46,426 bases of DNA from contig JAZDHP010000010.1 of the NCBI GenBank assembly GCA_043805855.1, positions 1 to 46,426 on the forward strand, given 5' to 3'. Position 1 is the first letter of the stretch. Each line of letters opens with the position of its first letter. The notes under the pieces were generated by a model. That model was not told the DNA's origin and ran no database searches. It was given only the letters and a program-made list of their open reading frames with translations. The DNA comes from Candidatus Micrarchaeota archaeon (lineage in GTDB: Archaea > Micrarchaeota > Micrarchaeia > Norongarragalinales > UBA8480). Below are positions 9,508-18,040 of this stretch, one piece after another. A program made the position numbers and the translations under genes.

Positions 9508-9578
9508 TAATCTTTCACCTACTATGCTTACAGCTAACTGGTTTAAAAAAGGAAAAGAAAGCAGTTAGTTTTCAGTTT

Positions 9579-10478
9579 CTAAATACTTACCTTTAGTCCA
9601 AGTGCTTTTTTGAGCTCGCGGTAACGGTTACGGATTGTAACTTCAGTTACTCCTGCCACGTCTGCAACTTCCTTTTGTGTTCTGCGCTCGCCGGTCATTA
9701 CACTAGCGATGTAAACTGTTGCAGCTGCCACTCCCATTGGCCCACGTCCGCTAATCAAGCCACGTTTAAGTGCCTCATCGAGGATTTCAATTGCCTTTGT
9801 CTGCGTGTCTCCACTGAGTTTAAGTGCAGTGACGAAGCGGTTGATGTAAAACCTCGGATTTGTCAATGGTACCTTGAGTTCCAACTCTTGTGTAATCAAA
9901 CGGTACGTGCGGCCGATTTCTTTCTTTGGAATTTCAGCAACGTTTGCAATTTCGTCAAGCGTGCGCGGTATTCCGTATTGCCTGCAAATTGCGTAAATTA
10001 CAGCGCTTACGACGCTTTCAATTTGCCTTCCTCTAATTAGGCCTCGCTCAACGCACTTTCTGTAAAGCAACGCGCTTGACTCGCGGATACTTTCGGTTAA
10101 TCCTAAGTGGCTTGCCACTCTATTAAGTTCAGTTAGTGCAATGGCGAGGTTTCTCTCGATGCTGTTTGAAATTGAAGCGCGTTTGTGCCACTTTCTCATT
10201 CTGTACAATTGTGCTTGTTGCGAAGGTGCGATTTTTCCACCGCGTACGTCTCGGTTGTACTGGTCAATTTCAGTTACTAGTCCGCGGTTTGGCGACATGT
10301 ATTTCAACGGCGCGCCTGTATGTGCTCGCGCGTTGCGTTGCTCTGCGTCAAATGCCCTCCACTCTGGACCTTCTTGAACGATGTTTTCTTCGATAACTAA
10401 CCCGCATTTGTTGCAAACTAGTTCTCCGCGTTCAGCGTCTTTTTTTAGCGATTGACTTTTACATTCTGGGCACTTCAT
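9579..10478 (-). CDS. tfb: Transcription initiation factor IIB
   Basis: CPEC Zn ribbon, GPEWRAF B-finger, two cyclin repeats, VTEVTIRNRY. Confidence 0.98.
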   Translation of the reverse strand: MKCPECKSQSLKKDAERGELVCNKCGLVIEENIVQEGPEWRAFDAEQRNARAHTGAPLKYMSPNRGLVTEIDQYNRDVRGGKIAPSQQAQLYRMRKWHKRASISNSIERNLAIALTELNRVASHLGLTESIRESSALLYRKCVERGLIRGRQIESVVSAVIYAICRQYGIPRTLDEIANVAEIPKKEIGRTYRLITQELELKVPLTNPRFYINRFVTALKLSGDTQTKAIEILDEALKRGLISGRGPMGVAAATVYIASVMTGERRTQKEVADVAGVTEVTIRNRYRELKKALGLKVSI

Positions 10479-10708
10479 TTTTTATTTACACCTTCTAAAA
10501 TTTCTCCGGTTAAGTTTTGGCTTACAAGCAATTTCGCGAGGTAAAGCGGGCTGTTAACTTCCGCTATTGTATCAAATATCTCAGCGGCTTTTTTGCCGTT
10601 TAACAAAAGTTTAGTTTTCTTCGCTATTGGTTCCTTGTGTTTTACTGGCTCGAGCAACAGGTTTCCATTTGCGGTTACGCGTAATACTCTAAACTGTAAA
10701 CTCGACAT
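10475..10708 (-). CDS. gar1: H/ACA RNP protein Gar1
   Basis: AEIFDTIAEVNSPLY resembles the Gar1 G.V.D.FGPV..PY motif; gar1-tfb linkage with ATGA overlap. Confidence 0.7.
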   Translation of the reverse strand: MSSLQFRVLRVTANGNLLLEPVKHKEPIAKKTKLLLNGKKAAEIFDTIAEVNSPLYLAKLLVSQNLTGEILEGVNKK

Positions 10709-10882
10709 ATAAAAACCAACAATAGCAAAAAACAAGCAAACACTACGTTTATAAACGTTCCGATTGGGTGTTTTTGCAAGAAATGTGAAAATTAGATAAC
10801 AAAAGAAAATAAAATGAAAGAAAGAGGAGTTAAAAGATAAAATAAGAGTAAAAAATTAAAAAAATAATTGAAAAAGTAAAAT

Positions 10883-11272
10883 TTACTTTATCAGCACTGC
10901 GTTTATTGTGCTGTCTTGGCCTGGGCGGTTTGTTATTCGTGCTTTGCCGAGTTCAGTTTCCACAATTGCGCCTTTTACAATGACGTTTTCACGCGCGTAG
11001 TGTTTGTTTGAAGGTGTTTCAACGACGTTTGTAATTTTTACTTTTTTCACTTTGCCGTCAACTGGAATGTTTGCAAATTCAACTGACTTTTGTTTTATTG
11101 CGATTGACCCGCCTTTTGTCTTTATCACTTCTCGGTGTTCCTTTTGGCCTTTTACAACTTTGGTTAGTGCTTGGAAGCCGCCGTAGTGTGCTAGGGTTTT
11201 GTCTCGGTAGGCGCGTTTCTTTCCGCCTGATCCGCTTGTTTTTCTCTTGATTGGTTTGTGGTACAGTACCAT
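10883..11272 (-). CDS. rps8e: 30S ribosomal protein S8e
   Basis: RKTSGSGG, ETPSN...RENVIVKGA.VETELG.ARIT.RPGQD..INAVL. Confidence 0.95.
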   Translation of the reverse strand: MVLYHKPIKRKTSGSGGKKRAYRDKTLAHYGGFQALTKVVKGQKEHREVIKTKGGSIAIKQKSVEFANIPVDGKVKKVKITNVVETPSNKHYARENVIVKGAIVETELGKARITNRPGQDSTINAVLIK

Positions 11273-11305
11273 TTTAACTATTTTCAACTCCTTGTAATTA
11301 CTTAT

Positions 11306-11770
11306 ATGTTTTCAATTAAACTTGTTAAACTTTCAGCGCCTATTGAAAAGGTTTTGAAGTTTCAACGCAAGGACAATGAGTATTTCGTCATTATTAGTTC
11401 GGAATACGCTTGTAGCCCTCGCTTTGTACAATATGCGTTTCTACAAGCATTTAAAGCTTGCGAAGTTGGAAAAAACACCGCCAAGTCGCTTGAACTTGAG
11501 TGGCTGTGCAAATTAGCGCTAACGCCAAACGTGGCGAGTGCACTGCAGTTTACGAAACCAGACGACAACGTCGTCGCACTTGCTTCTTTCAATTGCTTTG
11601 AAAAAGAAAGCGACATGCGTGAAATCTGCGAAGTGCAGGCGGTTTCCGCCCAGTTGAAAAAAGAAGGAGAAAAATTGTTAATTGCAAAGTACAAAATTAG
11701 CGCGAAGGCGCTTGAGAATTATGCTATTGAAGATTTACTAATTGAAACAGCAGCGGTGGAAAACGTATGA
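11306..11770 (+). CDS. cgi121: KEOPS complex subunit Cgi121
   Basis: AF.QA...GKNTAKSLELEWL..LA.T.NV..AL and C-terminal IEDLLIETAA. Confidence 0.75.
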   Translation: MFSIKLVKLSAPIEKVLKFQRKDNEYFVIISSEYACSPRFVQYAFLQAFKACEVGKNTAKSLELEWLCKLALTPNVASALQFTKPDDNVVALASFNCFEKESDMREICEVQAVSAQLKKEGEKLLIAKYKISAKALENYAIEDLLIETAAVENV

Positions 11771-12558
11771 AAATTCCTTTTCTAGAAAATGCGCTGCAAA
11801 AGCGTTTTGAGAAAAAGGCAACTGCGGCGTTTAGCGCTGCTCTTGACGAAATTCCAAAAGAAGTTGATCGCAACAATTTGTCCGGCGCGGTTAAGCATAT
11901 GGCTCTTCGTGATGTTCCGGTAAATTTTACGTTTGACGCGGAAGGTCGAGAATTTACTTTATCTTGTTCAGCTACGCGTGCGCAGCAAGAGAGACAGACT
12001 TACCTTCCTGGAACTGTGCTAATTCACACGGTAAATCCTGGTTTTCGTGGTCAAAGAATTGAGTTGCCTTTCTGGGACAGTACCCTTTATCCTGAGGCAA
12101 AAAAGTGGACTAGTATTACGTTTGGCCCTTGTGTTGAAAATCGGTTTCGAGCCCTCGCGCGTAATATAACTGCGTTTAGCCATGTTGTTTTAAATTTTAA
12201 AGATAGAAAAGCCGTGCTATTAATTACTGTTTTGCAAAAATCAACTAGCGAGCGCATTAGTAAACGGGTACAAGATCGCCCGGTTGACGCGTTTGTGGGT
12301 AAATATGGCCCAGACCGGCATTTAGTGTTTTTACACGTTGCTGAACAAATCGCTGCCGCGATGAAAGCTAAAGGCATTGAAACTGAAGTGCATGTTCCTG
12401 TTCCTGAAGCTTTTGCGCCGGGAGCAGTAGATCTTGCAACACGTAAACGCATCCGTAGGCCATTTGCAAGACTTGCGGGGCACTTTGAACGCGATTCCCT
12501 GCGTTTTCACGGCCAAGAGTTGCCAACGATTAACTTATCGCGGCCAAAGCGCGCCTAG
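11767..12558 (+). CDS. Basic hypothetical protein
   Basis: 263-aa ORF coupled to cgi121 by ATGA overlap; basic C-terminus RPKRA. Confidence 0.6.
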   Translation: MKIPFLENALQKRFEKKATAAFSAALDEIPKEVDRNNLSGAVKHMALRDVPVNFTFDAEGREFTLSCSATRAQQERQTYLPGTVLIHTVNPGFRGQRIELPFWDSTLYPEAKKWTSITFGPCVENRFRALARNITAFSHVVLNFKDRKAVLLITVLQKSTSERISKRVQDRPVDAFVGKYGPDRHLVFLHVAEQIAAAMKAKGIETEVHVPVPEAFAPGAVDLATRKRIRRPFARLAGHFERDSLRFHGQELPTINLSRPKRA

Positions 12559-13217
12559 AATTCGCTTAATCCTTTTTGCTGTGCTTTTTCTTTTAAGTTT
12601 TTTACCGTAGCCCACTCGTGGCGAATGTACTCTTGCGCGTTTTTATTAGTGTGGTGCTTTTCCAGGAATTTCTTCGTGTTTGGATCAGCTGGGTAGCCGG
12701 AGCCGAATTCGCCGATTATCTTTTCAATTTTTCTAATCTCTGCGTCGCGTTCAACCTTTGCCACTATGCTTGCGGCGCTCGCAACTGGATAAGTTACGTC
12801 GGCTTTGTTCTCAGCAACTATCTCCGCGTTTCCCGCGTAATATTTTCTTATGCGCGTTGCGAATTTTGAAGGAATCGGGTCCGGCGAGTCAACGTAAACA
12901 GTTTGAAACGCAGTTGTCTTTTCTAACTTTGTCAACAGTTCGCCAATTACTTGTGCTTCGTATTCATTTAGTGAAACTTTTCTCTGCATTACTTCAGTGA
13001 TTTCCGCCGCAGTGGCGCTTTTCAAAACATAAATTCCTTTTTTCAATTCAACAGCAAGTTTTTCTCTTTGCAACGCAGAGAGCATTTTGGAATCTTTTAC
13101 GCCGGTTTTTTTCAACTCTGCTTCTTTGTCAGCGTCAACAGCGTAGGCGCATATTACTAGTGGTCCAATTACTGGACCCCGTCCTGCTTCGTCCACTCCG
13201 ACTATTATTCTATTCAT
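12555..13217 (-). CDS. rnhB: Ribonuclease HII
   Basis: GVDEAGRGPVIGP, VKDSK, AASIVAKVERD, GSGYP.DP.T. Confidence 0.97.
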   Translation of the reverse strand: MNRIIVGVDEAGRGPVIGPLVICAYAVDADKEAELKKTGVKDSKMLSALQREKLAVELKKGIYVLKSATAAEITEVMQRKVSLNEYEAQVIGELLTKLEKTTAFQTVYVDSPDPIPSKFATRIRKYYAGNAEIVAENKADVTYPVASAASIVAKVERDAEIRKIEKIIGEFGSGYPADPNTKKFLEKHHTNKNAQEYIRHEWATVKNLKEKAQQKGLSEF

Positions 13218-13932
13218 GGTGTGTTCTCGCCAGTAGTTGTATTAAATAGCTAAGTTTAGGTAAGTGTTTACCTTCAAATTCTTTAAGTTCATCTCGAGTT
13301 ATTCTGGGACTTTTTAAATAAACATGTGCGACTTGTCCAGTGTAGAGTCTTGCGCCTAGAACTGTTTTTGTCGAGTGTGGTTTTCCACTAAATTCATATT
13401 CAACCAATATTTCTCTCGGGTGTTGAGTTATACTTCGAGGGCCTTGTTCATAGGTGAGTGTCAATTCTCTTCCTATATATGTGTGTTTTAAGGAAGTTAC
13501 TGTTTTTTTTACATGAGCTGGCGCTTCTTGCTGTACAAAAAGTGATAGCCAAGGTCGACTATTGCCAGGGTGGCCATGAAGATTAACTACGCTTGCGCCT
13601 ACGCCTGCTCGTTCTAGCAAAGCTATTAAGTTTTCATCGAGAGGTACTTTGTCGGCGCGTTTCTTAACAGTGTAAAATAATTTCTTTACAGTTGTTCCCT
13701 TTGCTTTTGCGGTTTTTTCCATCTCGCGCCAGAATCCATGTGGCGTCCAAGCTACTGGAATTAAAACAGTAACTGCGCCGTGTTTTCCCCAAGCTAAATG
13801 GTTTCGTACTGCTATATTTCTACTGCCTTCATTTAAGTGCCTACCTGCTAGTACGACGACTTTCCTTTGCTCTGGCGGCAGCGCCATTATCTGACTTACG
13901 AACTCCGCTTTGTTCTTTGGCTTGAGAAGCAT
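13210..13932 (-). CDS. Basic hypothetical protein, M14/AstE-like family (paralog 2 of 3)
   Basis: AGRHLNEG...WTPHGFW...NLHG...VEY.F.G. Confidence 0.6.
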   Translation of the reverse strand: MLLKPKNKAEFVSQIMALPPEQRKVVVLAGRHLNEGSRNIAVRNHLAWGKHGAVTVLIPVAWTPHGFWREMEKTAKAKGTTVKKLFYTVKKRADKVPLDENLIALLERAGVGASVVNLHGHPGNSRPWLSLFVQQEAPAHVKKTVTSLKHTYIGRELTLTYEQGPRSITQHPREILVEYEFSGKPHSTKTVLGARLYTGQVAHVYLKSPRITRDELKEFEGKHLPKLSYLIQLLARTHHE

Positions 13933-14087
13933 TATACTTTAATGTCAAAAGGGTTTTTTACCCGTACGTCGCTTTTATTTACGCACTTTATTGCTTTAGG
14001 TTTTCGAGCCACGGGTCTCGAAGGCCTGCGGCGATTGAGCGGCCTTTGTGGGGTCATAGTACAACCTGGTAGTATATTAGGCTCCAG

Positions 14088-14145
14088 TCATATGGAGCAC
14101 AGAGAACCGCTAGAAATAGTTGTTCAATGATGAACTGTTGAAGAA
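14088..14145 (+). ncRNA. tRNA-Trp canonical intron encoding a box C/D guide for Cm34
   Basis: Guide TGGAGC is antisense to GCUCCA, followed by A and D-like box CAGA (N+5 lands on C34). GAAC/GTTC stem and box C ATGATGA at 14127-14133. Confidence 0.75.
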
Positions 14146-14166
14146 ACCTAAGGATCGGGGTTCAAA

Positions 14167-14299
14167 TGCCCATCTTTTCTCTTTTTGCGAAAAGAGAAAA
14201 GCTAGGCGCTCCAAAAGAGAAAAGGCGAAGTTGCTTTTTCTTTTGGCGCCACGCCTGGCACCTTTTCTTTTCGTAAAAGAAAAGGGGCATGGCTGAAAA
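14167..14299 (+). other. 133-nt non-canonical tRNA intron at 59/60 with strict BHB and three hairpins
   Basis: Central helix TTCA/TGAA, AAT bulges on both sides, outer helices GGGG/CCCC and GCC/GGC; hairpins at 14174-14201, 14205-14250 and 14261-14285. Confidence 0.85.
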
Positions 14300-14343
14300 T
14301 CCCCGCGACCCCACTTTTTATTTTTTTCTTTATTTTGCTTAGT

Positions 14344-15042
14344 TTAAATGAGTGCAAACGTCCGTTTCTTTTTTGCGACTAAATCGCTTATATGCTTTAT
14401 TACTGTGGTTAGTGTTTTTGCATATTTGTCATCGAATTCTTGCAATGCTTGTCTGTTTATTCTGTTTTGGGTTAAGTAGAGCGTGTTTATGTGTTCAGGT
14501 ATGTGTCCGTTTAGATAAATTTTTGGATTAACTTTTATTTTAGTTACCGTTGCATCGCCACCAAAGAAATATTCTATTAACATATCTGGATCTGCAGGGT
14601 GGGCATCTGATAAGTGCGCATTTCCTTCCACTATTGATGTTAGTGCAGTTTTAGTTGCTGCGGTAAGTCTACTGGATATTAATTGTAAGCCGCTTTTTTG
14701 TGAGGGCGTTCCATGAAAGTGTATTATAAATCCCTTATTGATTTCAAGTTGTATTTGACTGGATATTGAACGGTCATCTGGAACCTTTGCTGCTAATTCG
14801 CGGACTTTTACCGAGTCTTGTCTTTCGCCGTGTTTCTTCCAAAATCCATGTGGCGTCCATTGGCCAGGAATGCGTACTACTACTGCGCCGTGTTCTTCCC
14901 AGCTTTTGTGATGGCGGCGTGCAATGTTAGTTGTTCCTTCATTTGGGTGTCGGCCAACTAGTATTATTACGCGCCGTTGATGTTCTGGAAGTGCTTTAAG
15001 CTGTGCTATGAGTTCTTCTCTGTTTTTTGGTCTTAAGATCAT
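14344..15042 (-). CDS. Basic hypothetical protein, M14/AstE-like family (paralog 3 of 3)
   Basis: VGRHPNEG...WTPHGFW...IHFHG...IEYFFGG. Confidence 0.6.
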   Translation of the reverse strand: MILRPKNREELIAQLKALPEHQRRVIILVGRHPNEGTTNIARRHHKSWEEHGAVVVRIPGQWTPHGFWKKHGERQDSVKVRELAAKVPDDRSISSQIQLEINKGFIIHFHGTPSQKSGLQLISSRLTAATKTALTSIVEGNAHLSDAHPADPDMLIEYFFGGDATVTKIKVNPKIYLNGHIPEHINTLYLTQNRINRQALQEFDDKYAKTLTTVIKHISDLVAKKKRTFALI

Positions 15043-15087
15043 TGTTTTATTTGCTAAGAGCGTACGGCATTTAAAAGTACCCGAACC

Positions 15088-15120
15088 TTTAAATACTTGT
15101 CACTGTCGAGTAGTAACTAG
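15088..15120 (+). promoter_or_regulatory. TATA box (TTTAAATA) followed by operator TTGTCAC-N9-GTAAC
   Basis: Same arrangement as upstream of 1921..3411. Confidence 0.6.
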
Positions 15121-15128
15121 GTGTTTAG

Positions 15129-18002
15129 ATGAATAAAGCGTTATCTTATCTTGTAGCAGGAGCGGTCCTACTTTTAGTAGCTGGCTTCGCTAATGCGTAT
15201 ACTGTTAATGTAGCGGTAGCAACAGGCTATCCTGTTTCGTACTCGCATTACTGCGCGTATTCTGAGTATTATAACTATTATGCATGTCAACCTTACGTTT
15301 CTGGCTATTACTGCGATCCGTTTGATCCATTTTATTACCAATACTGCTATTCGCCTTACGTGTACAACTATGCTCCCTATTCTACTTACTACCCAACTTA
15401 CGTAGCTAACCCCGGAACAATTGTTTACACTTCAAGCGGAACGCCAGCAGCTCAGCCTCAAGGTCCACCTTGTAGCGATGGAACGCAATCAGGAATGTGT
15501 TCTTCAGATTTTCCAAAATATTGTTTTAATGGCCAACTAATTGAAAAGGCCACATTGTGCGGTTGTCCAGCCGGCCAAACGCAAGACGAAAACAACCGCA
15601 ACCGCTGTGTTGCACAATTGTGCAGCGACGGAACTGCGTTGAATTCATGTTCTTCTTCAAAACCACAATTCTGCACTTCAAACGCTAACTTAGTTGATCG
15701 CCCAACTCAGTGTGGCTGTCCAACTGGTTCTAAACTAGAAGGTAGTGTATGCGCTCCTTTGAACTCAATTTGTTTTGTTTCAAGCGTCTCGCCGTCAACA
15801 GTGCGTGCGGGACAAAGCGCAGTAGTGAGCGTTTCTTATAGCGACGTGCAAAACGCACATGGCTATGTCAATTGTGGCAACGGTCAAGTTGCTTCACTTG
15901 CATGTAATGGTGGAGTAAGCGGCTCATGCCTCGCATCGTGTTCATATTCTTCACAAGCAACACCAACAGTACAAGCTTATGTTAATGGCAATTTATGTTC
16001 AAGCTCTGCAAACGTCAATGTTGTTCCGGCTTTGCCAACAACTGGCACTGCTTTAATTAGAGTAACTGATTGTGCAACTGGGCGCGGTATTCCCGGAGCT
16101 TCAATAAGCGCAGGTGGCGCTTCTGTTGTTACAAATGCAAACGGTGAAGCAACTGCAACTAGCCTAGCGCTAGGTAGCGGTAGTGTAATCGTAAATGCAA
16201 ATGGCTATTCAACTGGCTTTTCTTCTTTAGTTTCTCAAAGTGGTTCAACTTCAATTGTTCCAGTTTGTTTAAGTTCAGTTCCAGCGTGTGACGTTGGAAT
16301 TGCACTAGCGGGAACAGTTACAACGAACAACGTGCAAAACGGAGTTCAATTAATTGTAACTAACAATTTACCAGAAAGTAACAACGTGGCTATTTCTTAC
16401 TCTTCGCCAGTAACTGTAAACGGCCCGCAAAGCGTTTCGCTTGCTCCGTTAGAGTCAAAAATAATTACGATTTATCCTCAAGTTTCGCAGAGCACTTCAG
16501 TTTCAGGAACTGCAAGTGTAACTGCACGTGGAAAACAAGCTTGTAGCTCAACCGCAAATGTGTTACTTAACTTAAATGGCGGCTTATCGCTACGTGCGTT
16601 GACAACTTCTCAAGTTGCTCACGGCGGCAGCGAAGTATGCTATGATTTAGTATTGCAAAACCGCGCTGGTCAAGACGCGACTGTTACGCTATCTGGTTCA
16701 GCGCCGGGAGTAACGGTTAATTTTTACAACAGCCGCTTTGTTTTAGCAAATGGCGAAACTCGCAACGCGAGAATGTGCGCTTCTATTCCAGAAGGCGCAA
16801 CGGGAAGTAGAACAATTACAATTAATGCAAACAGTGCATTGAACCCAGTGTCTACTAGTGTAGAGCTGATTGTCAATCCATTTATGTCTTCAAACGTACT
16901 TGGCTGCTTTAGTGTAAACACTTCTACAACTCAATTTGTCGAAGTTCAATTGACAAACACAGGGCCAGGAGAAAGTTTCGTTGCACGTTTAACTCCAACA
17001 CTAAGCTTCACTCCACGTTTAACTCAAGAGAATTTATTTAATTTTGTTAACCGCTCAACTCGCTCGCTTTTCATACAGCTTGATCCAAGTTCAATGAATG
17101 AACTCGAAGGCCGCGCAACGTTAACTGTAAGCGCAAAAGAATCAAGTGCAAAAGTTTTTGAGCAGGAGCTCTGTTTTAGAAAGGCAGGCACTTTCGACTC
17201 AAACGTTTTAGTTACGCCAGTTCGCGTTTCAGTACAGCAAGGTAAAATTGGACGTTCATTTGTCCACGTGAAGAACACTGGAAACACAGTTGACAACTAT
17301 GCAATTGAAATCGCTGCACCGTTTAGCGCGATAAGTGTGAACAGCGCAATGTTTTCAGTGCAACCTGGCCAAGACAAGGCAATTGAAATCGTGCTATCGC
17401 CTTCAACTTCAGTGCCAGCTGCTACGTATCTAGTTCCAATTGACGTTTACTCGCTGCATGATCCAGCGCTACGAACTAAAGTTTCAACTGTAAACCTAGT
17501 CGTAGACGTCACAAACGCACCAACAACTGCACTTCGCTTGGTACTTGCCAATCCGCCAGTAATTTCCTTTAACCAAAGCGCATCGTTGATTTACATAAAA
17601 GTGCCAGTTGTAAACTACGAAGACGACAGCCGTACAATAACGCCGTCAATAGCTGGATTGCCAGCAGGATGGACGTACACTGTAAATCCATCGCAAGTTA
17701 CACTTCCAAAACTTGGAATGACTGACTTTAACTTTGTTGTAAAAACACAAGGCATTGAAGCAAAAGACTACAATGCAACTTTGATGTTCACCGACGAAAG
17801 CGGACGCCAAGTAACTCAAGGAATCGTGCTTCCGGCAAAGTCAAGCAACTGGATGACTGGCTTGTTTACGCTAGGTTCAAGCGGTCAATTGTTTACCGCG
17901 TTGATTGTAATTTTGGTACTCGCAGGTTTGTACTTGCTCTACCGCGCATGGCAATTACGCCAGACAATTAACCAGCAAGAAGCTCTAGTTGAACGCAGAT
18001 AG
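15129..18002 (+). CDS. Large surface protein: Tyr-rich N-terminus, two Cys-rich repeats, multiple Ig-like/NEW3-like domains, C-terminal TM
   Basis: Signal peptide; CSDGT...CSS..P.(Y/F)C...CGCP.G twice; V.N.G motifs; MTGLF then TM helix. Confidence 0.8.
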   Translation: MNKALSYLVAGAVLLLVAGFANAYTVNVAVATGYPVSYSHYCAYSEYYNYYACQPYVSGYYCDPFDPFYYQYCYSPYVYNYAPYSTYYPTYVANPGTIVYTSSGTPAAQPQGPPCSDGTQSGMCSSDFPKYCFNGQLIEKATLCGCPAGQTQDENNRNRCVAQLCSDGTALNSCSSSKPQFCTSNANLVDRPTQCGCPTGSKLEGSVCAPLNSICFVSSVSPSTVRAGQSAVVSVSYSDVQNAHGYVNCGNGQVASLACNGGVSGSCLASCSYSSQATPTVQAYVNGNLCSSSANVNVVPALPTTGTALIRVTDCATGRGIPGASISAGGASVVTNANGEATATSLALGSGSVIVNANGYSTGFSSLVSQSGSTSIVPVCLSSVPACDVGIALAGTVTTNNVQNGVQLIVTNNLPESNNVAISYSSPVTVNGPQSVSLAPLESKIITIYPQVSQSTSVSGTASVTARGKQACSSTANVLLNLNGGLSLRALTTSQVAHGGSEVCYDLVLQNRAGQDATVTLSGSAPGVTVNFYNSRFVLANGETRNARMCASIPEGATGSRTITINANSALNPVSTSVELIVNPFMSSNVLGCFSVNTSTTQFVEVQLTNTGPGESFVARLTPTLSFTPRLTQENLFNFVNRSTRSLFIQLDPSSMNELEGRATLTVSAKESSAKVFEQELCFRKAGTFDSNVLVTPVRVSVQQGKIGRSFVHVKNTGNTVDNYAIEIAAPFSAISVNSAMFSVQPGQDKAIEIVLSPSTSVPAATYLVPIDVYSLHDPALRTKVSTVNLVVDVTNAPTTALRLVLANPPVISFNQSASLIYIKVPVVNYEDDSRTITPSIAGLPAGWTYTVNPSQVTLPKLGMTDFNFVVKTQGIEAKDYNATLMFTDESGRQVTQGIVLPAKSSNWMTGLFTLGSSGQLFTALIVILVLAGLYLLYRAWQLRQTINQQEALVERR

Positions 18003-18040
18003 AATTTGCGTTTTAATCAAAAAGTGGTAAAATTACAAAA

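Larger units (their letters stand above)
8367..9551 (-). promoter_or_regulatory. Four copies of a conserved promoter module (TTTTAAA-N6-7-AGCTGTAAGC) preceding four tandem ORFs
   Basis: On + strand: AGCTTACGCT 8371 (most divergent copy), AAGCTTACAGCT 8721, AGCTTACAGCT 9091, TGCTTACAGCT 9525, each followed by a T(T/C)TAAAA box. Confidence 0.75.
14050..14313 (+). tRNA. tRNA-Trp(CCA) with two introns (37/38 and 59/60); exons 14050-14087, 14146-14166, 14300-14313
   Basis: Joined exons give a 73-nt cloverleaf with anticodon CCA at 14084-14086 and T-arm CGGGG-TTCAAAT-CCCCG; A7-C66 mismatch; no encoded CCA tail. Confidence 0.9.

Noticed and set aside
10790..10882. A-rich tract (and T-rich tracts at 3412-3470, 14314-14343, 45885-45940) as members of the hairpin family
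   Set aside because: They are one-sided with no complementary arm, consistent with ordinary oligo-U terminators.
13867..14130. 87-aa ORF in the ORF track
   Set aside because: It overlaps the tRNA-Trp exon/intron and an antisense gene, so it is spurious.
14056..14306. A7-C66 mismatch in the tRNA-Trp acceptor stem as evidence of editing or pseudogenisation
   Set aside because: A single mismatch at the stem base is tolerable and all other features are intact; it cannot be resolved without RNA data.
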